A stretch of 64,000 nucleotides of DNA from positions 1,302,001 through 1,366,000 of the forward strand of contig OZ287087.1 of the NCBI GenBank assembly GCA_965645245.1, given 5' to 3'. Positions 22,013 through 33,920 of this stretch are shown piece after piece (within the stretch, counting starts at the first letter, position 1; each line of letters opens with the position of its first letter). The position numbers and the translations under genes are program-made. The DNA is from Massalongia carnosa (lineage: Eukaryota). Under the pieces are notes generated by a model. The model saw nothing but the letters and a program-made list of their open reading frames with translations. It was not told the DNA's origin and searched no databases.

Positions 22013-22558
22013 CGCTGAATGTTTTAAAAGGGAGCTGAGAGAATACAAGAAGTAGAAGAGAAAGAAAGGAAGCCGAGAAGTTTTTCTGTGGGATCTTCGT
22101 ATCAGTATGAACAACAACAAGAAGCCGAAGAGATTGTTTGCGGACGGAATCTTTCTACTTCTACGTGGAAAAATGATCGTTCGGGGAAGGAGCGAAGAAA
22201 GATCTAGATATCATGACCAACTACTCGTGCCAAAGTCTAATTATGTACCGACCCCGAGTGATGCGCGCCTCACATGGTTCTGATATGAACAATACATGAG
22301 TTATAGTACATGTTACGTAGAAATCTTGGTCTGTGATTTGTCAAAAAAAAAATCCGTTGAAACTCGATGAAGCTTGACACATGCTGAGGATTTAAATCAG
22401 CGACTTAAGTTCGCGTAAAGTTAAAGATTGTCAGTTAACTATTCCCTTATCAACAGAAAGTGATGCCTCTCCAATAATCAGCTGGACCCAATCAAAGTAA
22501 CTTTAAAGATTTACGATGATTAAAGCTATAATTTGAGATTTAATATTGATTCTCATGA

Positions 22559-23557
22559 TCATTTGACAGTTTTGTCAGTAGGATCTACATGATCCGTATA
22601 CTGATACGTCAAAGGTTGCCAATTAACTATCTTCTTATCAAAAGGAAGTGGTGTCCCTTCAATAATCAACTGGACCCAATCAATGTCCATACCCGCTTCC
22701 CTCATCACACAATCGTATCTAACAAGCATCTCAAAGCACATGGAAAGATAATCGGTGAGCTTCTTCATATCGGCAAAGCAATCAATGTGTCCCAAGTACC
22801 ACAAGTTCCTTATCGACGCCGACTTCTGTTCCATTGCATCCCAGCGGCAAGAATCGCTCCAGAAGCGGCGGTGTGGTATTTGTTGCGCATCAAAGTCAGA
22901 CGATCTTAATATGTCATTCACGTATCGCAAATTCCATCTCCCCGTCTGAATCTTTTCCCATTGTGCTTCAGGTAGGCATCCGATAACGTTCAGATATACG
23001 TAAGCTGGAAGCGTGGCGTCGGGTATGGCAGCTATACCATGCTGGCAATTTTGGCCACAGGAGTGAAGATCCTGAAAAGGTATTTCTGGATGACGTGCCA
23101 TACGTAGAAGGGTGCTCATATTCTCATGGGCGTCGAGTCCTCGTGGATCCAAGAGTGCTTTTACCACGTTTGCGAAGGGACTTGGACAGTAGAAATGATC
23201 ACCATCCCTTCCCGCCTTAACCCACACCGAGAATATCTGCATCTCGGGACAGAAATCAAGTACATCATGACGACTCATACGATCATCTCGCCAGGCGTCA
23301 GAAAAGAGCTTGTCAGACGGGCAAAAATCAGGTTTCTCCGTTGAGTATTTCTCTCTCTCGGTCCGGGAGAACTCTCGGATTACACTAGCCATAACACGAG
23401 CAAAGTGATGAAGATCGGAAGCTTGCCGGGGCTGATTTCGAGCCCGTAGTTCGGGAAAACAGGGTGGAAAGCGAGTTTGTTCGTCCGCCGGCGGAGGGAG
23501 AAATACTTTGAGATGGCTACAGACGAGGTTCCAGGGGATTTTATGATCGAGATGCAT
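22559..23557 (-). CDS. Hypothetical protein (332 aa)
   Basis: Intact 999-nt ATG-started ORF beginning MHLDHKIPW, protein-like composition; function not recognised. Confidence 0.65.
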   Translation of the reverse strand: MHLDHKIPWNLVCSHLKVFLPPPADEQTRFPPCFPELRARNQPRQASDLHHFARVMASVIREFSRTEREKYSTEKPDFCPSDKLFSDAWRDDRMSRHDVLDFCPEMQIFSVWVKAGRDGDHFYCPSPFANVVKALLDPRGLDAHENMSTLLRMARHPEIPFQDLHSCGQNCQHGIAAIPDATLPAYVYLNVIGCLPEAQWEKIQTGRWNLRYVNDILRSSDFDAQQIPHRRFWSDSCRWDAMEQKSASIRNLWYLGHIDCFADMKKLTDYLSMCFEMLVRYDCVMREAGMDIDWVQLIIEGTPLPFDKKIVNWQPLTYQYTDHVDPTDKTVK

Positions 23558-24348
23558 TTCGCGTTTTCTTACAGCTTGTAGAGATAACTAGGAAGTTGAC
23601 CTGCGTTCAGTGATGTTTCTATACTTAGTGGTTATTGAAGTGTTCAGAAAGAGTAGAGCATCTGTCAGTGTAATTACTGGACAATCGACAGGAGCTGGCA
23701 ACGAGTAAGTCGTATCGCAGTACGGTTTGGCGATATAATAAGTATGAAGTTTAGAGAGAATATGAGATCGTGTTGATTAAAGACTCGCACTTATACTGAT
23801 TTATTAATTTCTAGAGTATGTATATATTTGAGAAGTTGAGAAGAGAAGACAGCAATCGACGAGATCGTGTCATTTACGATTACGTTGCGAAATGGGTTTG
23901 AGTCGGGTTTTCGGATTTGGATTCGAGGGGGTCTAACCCGAACCGACGAATTCGAGTTTTTTATGCGTGTTTCCGAGTTAAACCGTTCAACTCGATTGGA
24001 TTTTTTTGCAAATTTTATTGTCAATTATGATATTAAAATTCTGCTTACTAATTATCAATTTTTAGTAATTAACTTTTCAAATTTTTGAAAAAATAAAGAA
24101 ATAACATCATTATTTTATTTGTCAACTAAAGTTTTTCATTTGTATATTAAAGTCGATTTAATATTTTTCAACATATCGCTCGATATATTAATATTCGAAG
24201 TTGAATTAAAAACGAGTAAATGAATGGAAAAATAAACTCGCAGTTTTTGACTTGTTTAATATGCAAGTCATGATTGAAATCACAAGTACAACGTATTAAT
24301 GGATTGAAAATAACAAAAACTATCATCCTCAACTCAACACTCGTGTTC

Positions 24349-25478
24349 TTATTCAGTCTCCTCTCCATCAGAAGGCGGCCCATCCGAATCATCACTCCCA
24401 AAATCCGGCTCCCCCGAACTAACCCCATTCCTACCCAACGACAACGTTGCAGATATAGTTCTCGCGAGCACATCTTCATCCTTGATCGCAATTGGACTAC
24501 CATGGCCATTCTCAGCCGCAAACTGCGCCTGGGCCCTTAGATCGGCAATCGAAACACGATGCCTGGCTGCTGTGGATACAGAGGAAGAGGAACCACTGGA
24601 CAGCTGTGAAGCTAAGGTTTGGGATGACGCTCGACTGTTGGTCATTTTTCCAGTGGAGGAAGTGGTTAATGTAGTAGTGTTGGTAGTTTTAGCGCTATCA
24701 GCTCTGGCCAGAGTAGTTTCCTCGCCATCCTCGCCGGCGTTGTACGGAGTTTCCTTGGTTGGTGTTTCTGGTGCGCCATCGTCATGACCCGATAAAGCAA
24801 CCTTGGGATCACTGGCGACAGCGAGACCACCATAACGACGTTCTTTGATGAGCTCAGCCCGCTTGTCAAGGCGTGTTTCTGATTTTGGATTCAGCGATCG
24901 GAATTTCATGATCACAGCTAGAGACGTACCATTGATCTTATCCTCGGCAATCAAGTTTCTAGGGAAGCCGCTTATGGGATAAAAGCTTGTTTCCTCGCTG
25001 TGAATGCCCTTCATCCTCAGATAGATGGTCGTAGAGCTGAGCTGAGAAGGCACATCTATACTGATAGGGTCATTGAAGTGGAACTCTGCTCGGTTGATCA
25101 TGCCCTCAATCATACTCTCTGTAATTAGTATCTTCTGATGAGTTAGCGCTATTGCACCCTGGAAACTATAATCACTTGTCTGGTTTCGATCAGGGACGCC
25201 GATGTCGTGTTTGACTGTGAAAAAGGGCTGGTAACCAGATGACTGCTGATGTCGTAGGTGATCTCCTAAAGCGCGCATATTGCTATGTGATTCGGAGAGT
25301 TTGCGTTCAAACCGACAAACAATTCTCCCTGCAATAAAACGTTACAATAAGCATCATGAAGGATGTGGAAAGCAAATCATACCTGTACAAGTCCACGTCC
25401 CAGAAGCTTCGTCGTACCAAAATCGTTCCTTAGAAAAGTAGAATGTACTAGCAACAAGCATGTGAGCTATCTTGGCCA
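24349..25478 (-). pseudogene. 3' fragment of a probable fungal patatin-like phospholipase-family gene (intron 25329-25382), 5'-truncated
   Basis: Spliced translation IAHMLVASTFYF...CTG|RIVCR...YPISGFPRNL resembles the C-terminal motifs of fungal patatin-like proteins as I recall them. The sequence abuts Gypsy C gag. Confidence 0.55.
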
Positions 25479-25872
25479 CCGGTGCCGAGGCACCGACCGA
25501 TCTGTCTGAGTTCGCGCACAAGTGTCAGCGCTTGTATCAAGACCTCAAGGGATCGTACCGAAGCAGGGCCAATATGGATCGTTATGCGGAAAGTAAAAGG
25601 CCCAACACCACTGCCTCGACTTCTAGCGCCCCGACCACGACGACGACAGCCTCCACCATCAAGACATATATCCCTCCTCATCCCGCCATCACGACCTCGA
25701 CCCCCAGGCCCTCTTCATACATGACGGATGAAGAAAAGGAACGATTGAGCAGGGAAGGTCGTTGTTTCTTTTGCAAGGAGCATGGACATTTGTCCAGAGA
25801 TTGTGAGCTGAAGAAGAAGAGCCGGCCAGCGAAAGTACAGGAAATCGCTGAGATTGCGGACTCGGGAAAAGA

Positions 25873-28800
25873 GTGACCTTCATCAAAGACGCAGATGAAG
25901 GTGAACCAGTGTTGATTTCGTCAAGCTGTTTACCCGGTGATTTGTTCACCGATGAACCCCTGGTCATACAATGTAGACTGGGCAATAGCGAAGAAATAAA
26001 AGTGATGGGTCTATTGGACACAGGTGCCACTGGGCACGCTTTTATTGATGAATCAACAGCGCGTGAAGTTTGTGAAAAGCTTCAGATCTCCCCTCAAAAA
26101 CTGACCAGACCGAAACCAGTAAAAGGTTTTGACGGTAAACGAGGCAAAGACATTACTCATGCCATCTACCCTACCCTGACCGTACAAAGCCATAAGGAAA
26201 CTATAGCTCCTCTTCTAATCACACAGCTGGGGCAACACAAGATGATTCTGGGAAAACCCTGGATGAGAAAGCATGGAGTGATTATTGACATGGCCACAGA
26301 CCAAATAACTTTCTGGCCAGGTCATTGTTCCCATTCTGGAGCCCCTCAGCTGCCCAAGGAGGAAAAGATGATGAAGGAGTCCGAAGAGGCTAGAACGACC
26401 ATGAAAATACTGAAACGACCCGAAGAGGCAAGAACGAATACGAAGGAATCAGAGAAAACTAGTCCAGAACAGCTCAGTTCGTCAGAGGTATTATCTAACA
26501 AAGCTGACGTTGGACTATCAGAAAGACTATCAGGCTCTGGAACCGAAGATAAGCCGACTCTCGAAGATAAACCGATAGAAATGGCGATGATAGGGGCTGC
26601 TGCGTACCGACTGCTGTCTAGACAAAAGAATGTCGAGTTGTTCTCCATCTCCTTGAAAGACATCGAGTATCAACTGAGCAAGGAAGACCGCCCGCCAACT
26701 GATCCAAAAACGATAGTTCCCCCCGAGTACCACGAATTCCTGGATGTCTTCTCCAAGGCAGCATCCGATACTCTGGCACCTCATCGAACCTATGATCACA
26801 GAATCATTCTGGAAGGAGACAAAGATCACGGGCATAGTCCGCTTCGGAGCATGTCGCAGAAGGAATTGGAGTTCATCAAGAAATATCTTGAGGACAACCT
26901 TCGAAAGGGGTTCATTGAGGCGAGTCATGCTGCGTGCGCTCTATTCTGTTAGCGAAGAAGCCAAACGGAGGCCTTCGTTTCTGTGTCGAATATCGGAGGC
27001 TGAATCAGTTATCGAAGAAAGATCGCTACCCCATTCCCCTGATAGAAGAAACCCTGGCACAGCTGAAAGAGGCTAAGATCTTCTCCAAGATTAACATTCG
27101 GCAAGCGTTTCACAAGCTCAGGATGGCCATAGCATCCGAAGATCTGACAACGTTCAACTCTCGTTTTGGTGCCTATAAATATAAGGTACTACCATTCGGA
27201 CTTTCTGGCGGACCAGCTTCCTGGCAGCACTACATTAACGATGTGTTATTCGATTACCTAGACAAGTTCTGCACGGCTTACCTGGACGACATCCTCATTT
27301 ACAGCAAGAATCTGAAGGAACATCGGGAGCACGTCCGGGCCGTTCTAATCAAACTTCGAGAAGCGGGATTGCAAGCAGACGTTGACAAATGCGAATTTCA
27401 TGTGACGGAAACCAAGTACTTGGGACTGATCATTAGCGTCGATGGCATTCGCATGGACCCAGCTAAAGTCAAGGCCATTCAGGAATGGGAAATCCCAACT
27501 TGCCTACGTGAGGTCAGGTCGTTTATTGGTTTTTGCAACTTCTACCGACGATTCATTAGAGGTTTCTCGAAAATCGCCAAACCCTTGGACGCACTGACGA
27601 AGAAAGAACGAATCTTTGAATGGACTTCAGCATGTGAAAAGGCATTTCGGACTCTGCAGAAACGAATTGGCGAATCCCCAATTCTGATACACTTCGACCG
27701 AGACAAGCAGTGTTACTTGGAAACGGACTCTTCGGACCACGTCAATGGTGGCGTGCTTTCACAAATGGGGGATGACGGCGAGCTTCACCCGGTAGCGTTC
27801 TTCTCCAAGAACATGAGCCCTGCTGAGTGCAACTACGAAATCTACGACAAGGAACTGCTGGCGATCATCCGCTGCTTTGAACAATGGAAACCGGAACTGG
27901 AAGGCACCGATTTACCAGTGAAGATCTTCACTGATCATCGAAGTCTGGAGTATTTCATGTCTACCAAAAAGCTGACCAGAAGACAGGCTCGCTGGGCGAA
28001 GTTCCTCTCGGAGTTCAATTTCGTCATCACATATCGCCCGGGCAAGAAAAACGAAAAGGCAGACGCTCTGACCCGAAGACCCAACGACAAACCTCAAAAC
28101 GAAGAAGACGAACGACAACAGCATCAGCTTCAAACTCTATTGCCTCCGGAAAGACTGGAACTACAGCCTATAGAAGAAGCTACGGAACCGAATGAAACCG
28201 CCACCGACCCACAGACTTTGGACGAAAAGGTAAAACGAGAAAACTCGAAGATGAACTCTGCACAAAGATCAGAAAAGCGATGGAAGACGACACCCCCTCG
28301 GGCAACACCATGCCAAACATAAAAATTGTACGATAAAAGATGGACTGCTATATGAGCGAGAACGCTTATGGGTCCCGGACAACAAAGGTACAATTCTCGA
28401 AGTCGTAAGGCAGATTCATGATCAAATAGCGGTAGGGCACCCCGGAATAGCCAGGACCATTCAGACGATCTCCCGGAATTATTACTGGCCGAACATGGGC
28501 AAAGACGTTAGTCGTTAGGTTCGCAGCTGTCACATTTGCAGACGGGCAAAAGCACCTAGGGATAAAAACAACGGGCTACTGAAACCCTTGCCCATACCCG
28601 ACAAGCCATGGTCTGACATCACCCTCGACTATGTGACAGGACTCGCCAAAAGCAAAGGACAGTACGACGCCATCCTGATGGTAGTGGACCGGATGTCAAA
28701 GGAAAGACACTACATTCCATGCACATGTAGCGACGAAGAAACGATCGCCGAGGCCACAGCGAAGCTACTCATCGACAATGTCTGGCGCCATCACGGACTT

Positions 28801-29697
28801 CCGAACAGCATGCTTTTCGATCGAGGACCCCAGTTCGTGTCAGCGGTATGGAAGGCCTGGTGCAAAATTCTTGGGATCACAGCGAAACTGTCGACGGCTT
28901 ATCACCCCGAAACCGATGGACAAAGCGAAATAGCAAATCAGGAAATGGAACGTCACCTACGGAGTTTCACAAATTACAACCAGGATGACTGGGTGGACCT
29001 GCTTCCGATGGCCGAATTCGCGGCAAACAGTGCACCGTCAGCCACCACTGGAGTGTCACCGTTCATGGCTACCAAAGGATACGAACCCCGAATGAGTTTC
29101 GATCCGGTCGAGCTGTCTGCTTCTTCCACCAGAGAAAGGTTGGCCAACGCCAAAGCTAGGGCCATCACGGACGACATGCAGAAAGTCTGGAACTTCGTCA
29201 AACAAAACATGGAACGAGCTCAGGAAAGGCAAAGAACAGCGGCTGACCGACACCGGACGGAAATCTCTTACCAGGAAGGAGACATGGTGTGGCTGTCAAC
29301 CAAGAATATCAAGACTGAACGGGCATGCAAGAAACTGGACCACAAGATGATTGGTCCCTACCGAGTCAAGAAATTGGTAGGATCATCCTATCAACTGGAG
29401 CTTCCACCCTCAATGAAAATACACGATGTGTTCCACACCAGTTTGCTCCGGAAAGTCGCAGATGACCCGCTTCCTGGCCAGATAAACGACCCACCTCCAC
29501 CGGTAGTTGTCGAAGGGAATGATGAATGGGAACTGGACGACATATTGGACGCTCGGAAACGCTACCGGAAGATTCAGTACAAGTTCAAGTGGAAAGGAAT
29601 TGACGAAGACCTGACGTGGTACGATGCTGACGGCTTCGAAAATGCAGAAGAGCTAGTGGAGGACTTTTACCAACGACACCCTAACAAACCACGATAA
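25873..29697 (+). pseudogene. pol: Pol of Gypsy C (PR, RT, RNase H, integrase, chromodomain) with frameshifts and stops
   Basis: [37 protein letters not shown] and WELDDIL...FKWKG spread over ORFs starting at 25873, 26934 and 28588. Confidence 0.92.
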
Positions 29698-29811
29698 GCA
29701 ACGGCAGTGTCATACAGTCAGTCTAACCGCATCAAATCTCGACGATTAGAACCCGGGGATAACGCGGACGTTATCGCGGTCAGGTGACTCGCTATCTAAA
29801 GCAGGGGGAAG

Positions 29812-30067
29812 TGTCACGATTCTACCTTTTGCCTTTAGGAACTAAGCCAAATCGAGCAACTACGGAAACCGTAGACGGACCTGTCGGCCGGCCGGCAGGA
29901 GTCACGAGATAGCGCGGAAAACTCTTTCACGACCTTACTGAATGGGTACAAGAGAGCGCGTTGCTTTATAGGGAACGAGTCCGACTTTTCGAGTCTTTCT
30001 TTCCTCTTTATCTTTATTGTTTTCGTTCATGACGTCCCTATGACTAGCCTCTAGGTAGACCGTAACA
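29812..30067 (+). repeat. 3' LTR of Gypsy C (256 bp)
   Basis: TGTCACG...CGTAACA immediately after the PPT. Confidence 0.8.
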
Positions 30068-30344
30068 AATGGGTAAAACATTTTATGACAAAACGATCGG
30101 TCAATCTAATATTCGATGAAAATATAATCAAAACCTATTATGTTGAATCAGGAATTCCACAAGGCTTACCTATTTCACCTATATTATTTTCGATCTACAT
30201 TCGTCACTTATTTCCGAAAGTACGAATGAAATTAAATACACATTCTCCTAGTTTTATTGATGATGTTGCAATATATGTCGAAAAAAAAACTGCAAAACAG
30301 AATTGCCAAGAAATCAAAATCATAGTTAAAACAGCATTTGATTG
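30068..30344 (+). pseudogene. AT-rich LINE reverse-transcriptase fragment
   Basis: GIPQGLPISPILFSIY and FIDDVAI motifs. Confidence 0.8.
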
Positions 30345-30789
30345 TGTTAGAATATACAAATCAGGCTACTTCATTTGTACCGCACGAGTATGACGCACGC
30401 TAATGGCTAGACGTATCGCTAGTCTAATACTAGGATACCGTACATTTTCTATAAAGCTAGCTATTCCCACTATATAGAACAAAAGCAAGCGTTCTATCCT
30501 CTATCTACTATACTGCCTTTTAATAGGTTCTGAGCCCGGCCGCAGGGCGCCTCTTTACATGTGTTTACTTATCTTACTTTACCTACCCTAAGAAAAGCCT
30601 TCTTACCGTCGCAAACAATTACCGTCGCGAATAATCTCCTTCAAAAAATCCGACAAAAATCGACACATATAAAATAGTCGGCAGTGTTTGAGATGGCTTA
30701 GCACTACTATCGGGCGCCCGGCTTCTTCTTTACCCCTTACTAAACGAACGCTAATAAAGATTTTAATAGGCACCTCCTTGCACTTCGTT

Positions 30790-31003
30790 TCGATATCTCG
30801 GATGATCTACGTTCCCAATAAAAAACCGGGAACGTGACATCCACTTTACTTTGATGTCTCGGATGATCTACATTCCCAAAAAAAATCGGAAATGTGACAT
30901 CCAGGTATCTCGGATGATCTACATTTCTAATAAAAACCGGGAATGTGACATCCAGATGTCTCGGATGATCTACGTTTACAACAAAAAACCGGGAAAGTGA
31001 CAT
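30790..31003 (+). repeat. ~50-60-bp tandem repeat (x4) in the Copia leader
   Basis: TCTCGGATGATCTAC...AAAAA.CGG.AA.GTGACATC repeated four times. Confidence 0.85.
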
Positions 31004-31202
31004 CTATTGGAATGAAACGAAATCTCTCTGCCATCGATTTTGCCCTCTATTCATTGTCAGCATCTGCGTATCAGTTATAAGACTGCAGGATTATAGCTTC
31101 GAGCAACAAAAAAACGCTCTCGATTTATCAATCCTAAAGGCACAACTAAAAGCCTCAAATCTATCTTTGCACCTGCTTTTGCTTCTGCATTTAGATCTAT
31201 TA

Positions 31203-33509
31203 ACGTAACTCACTGGGCAACGGGACAAACTGGGCAACGGGACTAACTAAATTTCGCTTAATTTCTACAGCCTCCCTCTCACCCGTTTTACATACAAATT
31301 CGGCTTCAATGTCTATTAGACGTGAAATTGATATTTTGTCTTCATGCAACTTAATCACATTTTACGTGGTTGACGTACAATACGACCCTGTCTGGTAGTT
31401 TGAACCTTCTTCACCTCCTCCACCAACTCCACCTCCACCTCTACCCCCCCACTCACCTTCACCTCCTCCACCCCCTCTACCTCTTCTGTCATTGGTTGAA
31501 GCACGAGAGGAGGTAGTAATCGTCTTTGAAAAGAACAAATAGGCTTACTTTGTGAACTATCAGGTGCTTTCTGAGGACTTTTCTGAGGACTTTTCGTCGA
31601 AGATGCAGTAGACGTTTGTCCTAGTAAATCAGGTCCAAATCGACAAATTTCCCTGAAAGTTTTGATAAGGTCCTGCTCAGCTCGTTTTAGCTGAGCGGCC
31701 TTCTTTTTTTCGTCTTTCACCTTTTGCTGTCTTTGTTGAACGTCTTCAAGGCTTAGAACTCGAGCCTTTCCTCCAAAGTGAGGCCTGCTACGATTGGCTC
31801 GATGATGGCGCCGTACATTGGCCTGAAGAAGCTCGTTGTTGGTGATACGTAGCAAGGGAGAGTCTGCGAAGGCATATTAAGCGCCTTTTATCAATTTATT
31901 TAGCGCTCGAACGGGAGTCGAGTCTGATTCTTCATCATTTCAAATTCGACGAATCAGTTGATTTATTTGATCGATATTTGCAGGTTTATCTTTTCAATTT
32001 CGTGAGAGTTTTGAAGGGTTGGCGGAGTGTTAGGATGAGAGGAGGTGATATTCGTGGTGGTGGTAGTAGTAGTAGTGGTGGTGGTGGTAGTGGTGGTGAT
32101 GATGCTATCAGTCTTTCGCAACACCGATTGTTTATTAGTGAGTTTTTGAAGAACTGATGACGGATTGTATGGTACTAATCCGGTTGCTCTCTATGCAGCC
32201 AGTTCGTTTTTTGTATTGATTGCTTCTTTTCTTGCTTTATGAATGATCTTCAGAAAATCCACCTTGTCCACTGAACAGACGTTGAATCGGGTGACGACCT
32301 CAAATTGTTTTTTGTACTCCGGTGATAAGGGCCCAAAAACACTCATGTCCAGAGGTTGCAACATATGGGTAGTATGTGGAGGTAGACACAAAAGAATGAT
32401 TTTCTTTTAGTTGCAAAACTTGATGAATTCGGTAGAAATATGGGAAGCATGACCATCTACTATAAGAAGTCGATATTCACCGTGTAGATATTTTGCAGTA
32501 GCAGGTTCAAAACACTTTTTCAACCAATCAAGACCTAGTTCATTGTCTGTCTATCCGTTTTCGCTGGTAGCTATTTCAGTGTCAATGTCCTCCAGTGCAT
32601 CGTACCAGGCCTTTTGCTTGTTGACTCCTTTGAAGATGACGAAAAGAGGTAAACTTCGACCGGTAGTACAAATAGACTCGATCAATGACACCCATTCTCG
32701 ATTACCTGACTGTGCTGAAAAGGCTTGCTTTTCGTGCTTAGAAATTACTACTTTAGCATTAGCAGCTACCCCCATCATGAATCCCTTTTCGTCTATGTTG
32801 TAGATGTCTTCATCAAGAATTCGGTGCTTTTCTTTCATGGAGAGGAAAAGGTCAAACCAATGCTGAAATATCTCTTCATTCTCAGCGAATAATCGTTCTT
32901 GATCTAGTGTGCGACTGTATTTAGCCTGCAGATCGGGATGACGATGTAAAAAATACTGTTGCCAATTGACTCCTAGAACAGTATGATTCCCCCTTGCTCG
33001 TAGTAATTCTATGGCCATTTGACGTAGCTGAGCTATTTTAGCAGGCCAGCCCCAGGCGTACATTTGTAAAACCCAGTTCTTCAAAGCGTCTTTTTCCTCG
33101 GGGGTCAGCAGTTGTTTAGTTTGATCAGACGTAAATCGTGATTGACGACCCTGAATGCGGGCATGAAGGGTAGACTTTGAAACATCATATAGAAAAGCTG
33201 CCTTCGTAATGGAAAGAGCTCCATCGGCCTGTTTCCAGGCCAAAAAGGCTGACTGTAATCGTTGTTGATAGGTGGAGGTGGGGTGAAAACATAAAGGAAT
33301 GGAGGTCTTGTGGGAGGTGGTTTTTTTACCTACACCCATGATTATAAAGTTTTAAAATGATGAATATAATCTACTGTGATGTCTAAAGCTGAATTTGTAT
33401 GTAAAATGTATGTAATGAAGGCTTCATCATCTAGAGTGGTCAAAAAGTGATGATTTCGGAATTACTTAGTCCCGTTGCCCAGTTTGTCCCGTTGCCCAGT
33501 GAGTTACGT
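31203..33509 (-). mobile_element. pogo/Fot1-like DNA transposon nested in Copia
   Basis: 44-bp TIRs ACGTAACTCACTGGGCAACGGGACAAACTGGGCAACGGGACTAA; TA duplication. Confidence 0.95.
31355..33339 (-). pseudogene. pogo DDD transposase with several stops
   Basis: YDVSKSTL, YNIDEKGF, SENG*, DGHASH, LPPHTTHMLQPLD. Confidence 0.88.
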
Positions 33510-33920
33510 TATATCAATCACGGCCCCATTCCTACGTGGCACTCTTGCCAAGATCCAATGACTCTCAGAGCCTCAATCAAATAATAGGCCGGCAATAAGG
33601 CTAGAACGAGATTCTCAACATATATTACAGGCGGCTAGTGCGCCAATCGTTGCTTTTCTCTTAGAGGATAACTCAGATTAATCAAAATTGGATTGCTTTG
33701 TACCATCATCCCTGAGCCTCCAGTCACTCCCGGTCAGTCCACATCGAAATCGGACCTAGAACCGCCCAGCGACTGTGATCCTTTCGGTCTAAGAGCCAGA
33801 ACCAAGTAACCAAGCACTTATAATAGCACTCCGTCGGAATCCGGTAAAACCAAACACCAGTTCAAGCCAGTCCGTTAACAAGGACAATCCATCAAGCTCT
33901 TCCATTAAACCCTTTCTGTC

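Larger units (their letters stand above)
25476..30067 (+). mobile_element. Ty3/Gypsy chromovirus C, 5'-truncated and degenerate
   Basis: Gag tail with CFFCKEHGHLSRDC; slippery GGGAAAA at 25864-25870; pol fragments; PPT AGGGGGAAG; 3' LTR at 29812-30067. Confidence 0.92.

Noticed and set aside
23860..24000. CGGGTT/AACCCG motifs resembling hAT subterminal repeats (also ~48320-48450)
   Set aside because: I could not identify TIRs, an 8-bp TSD or a transposase.
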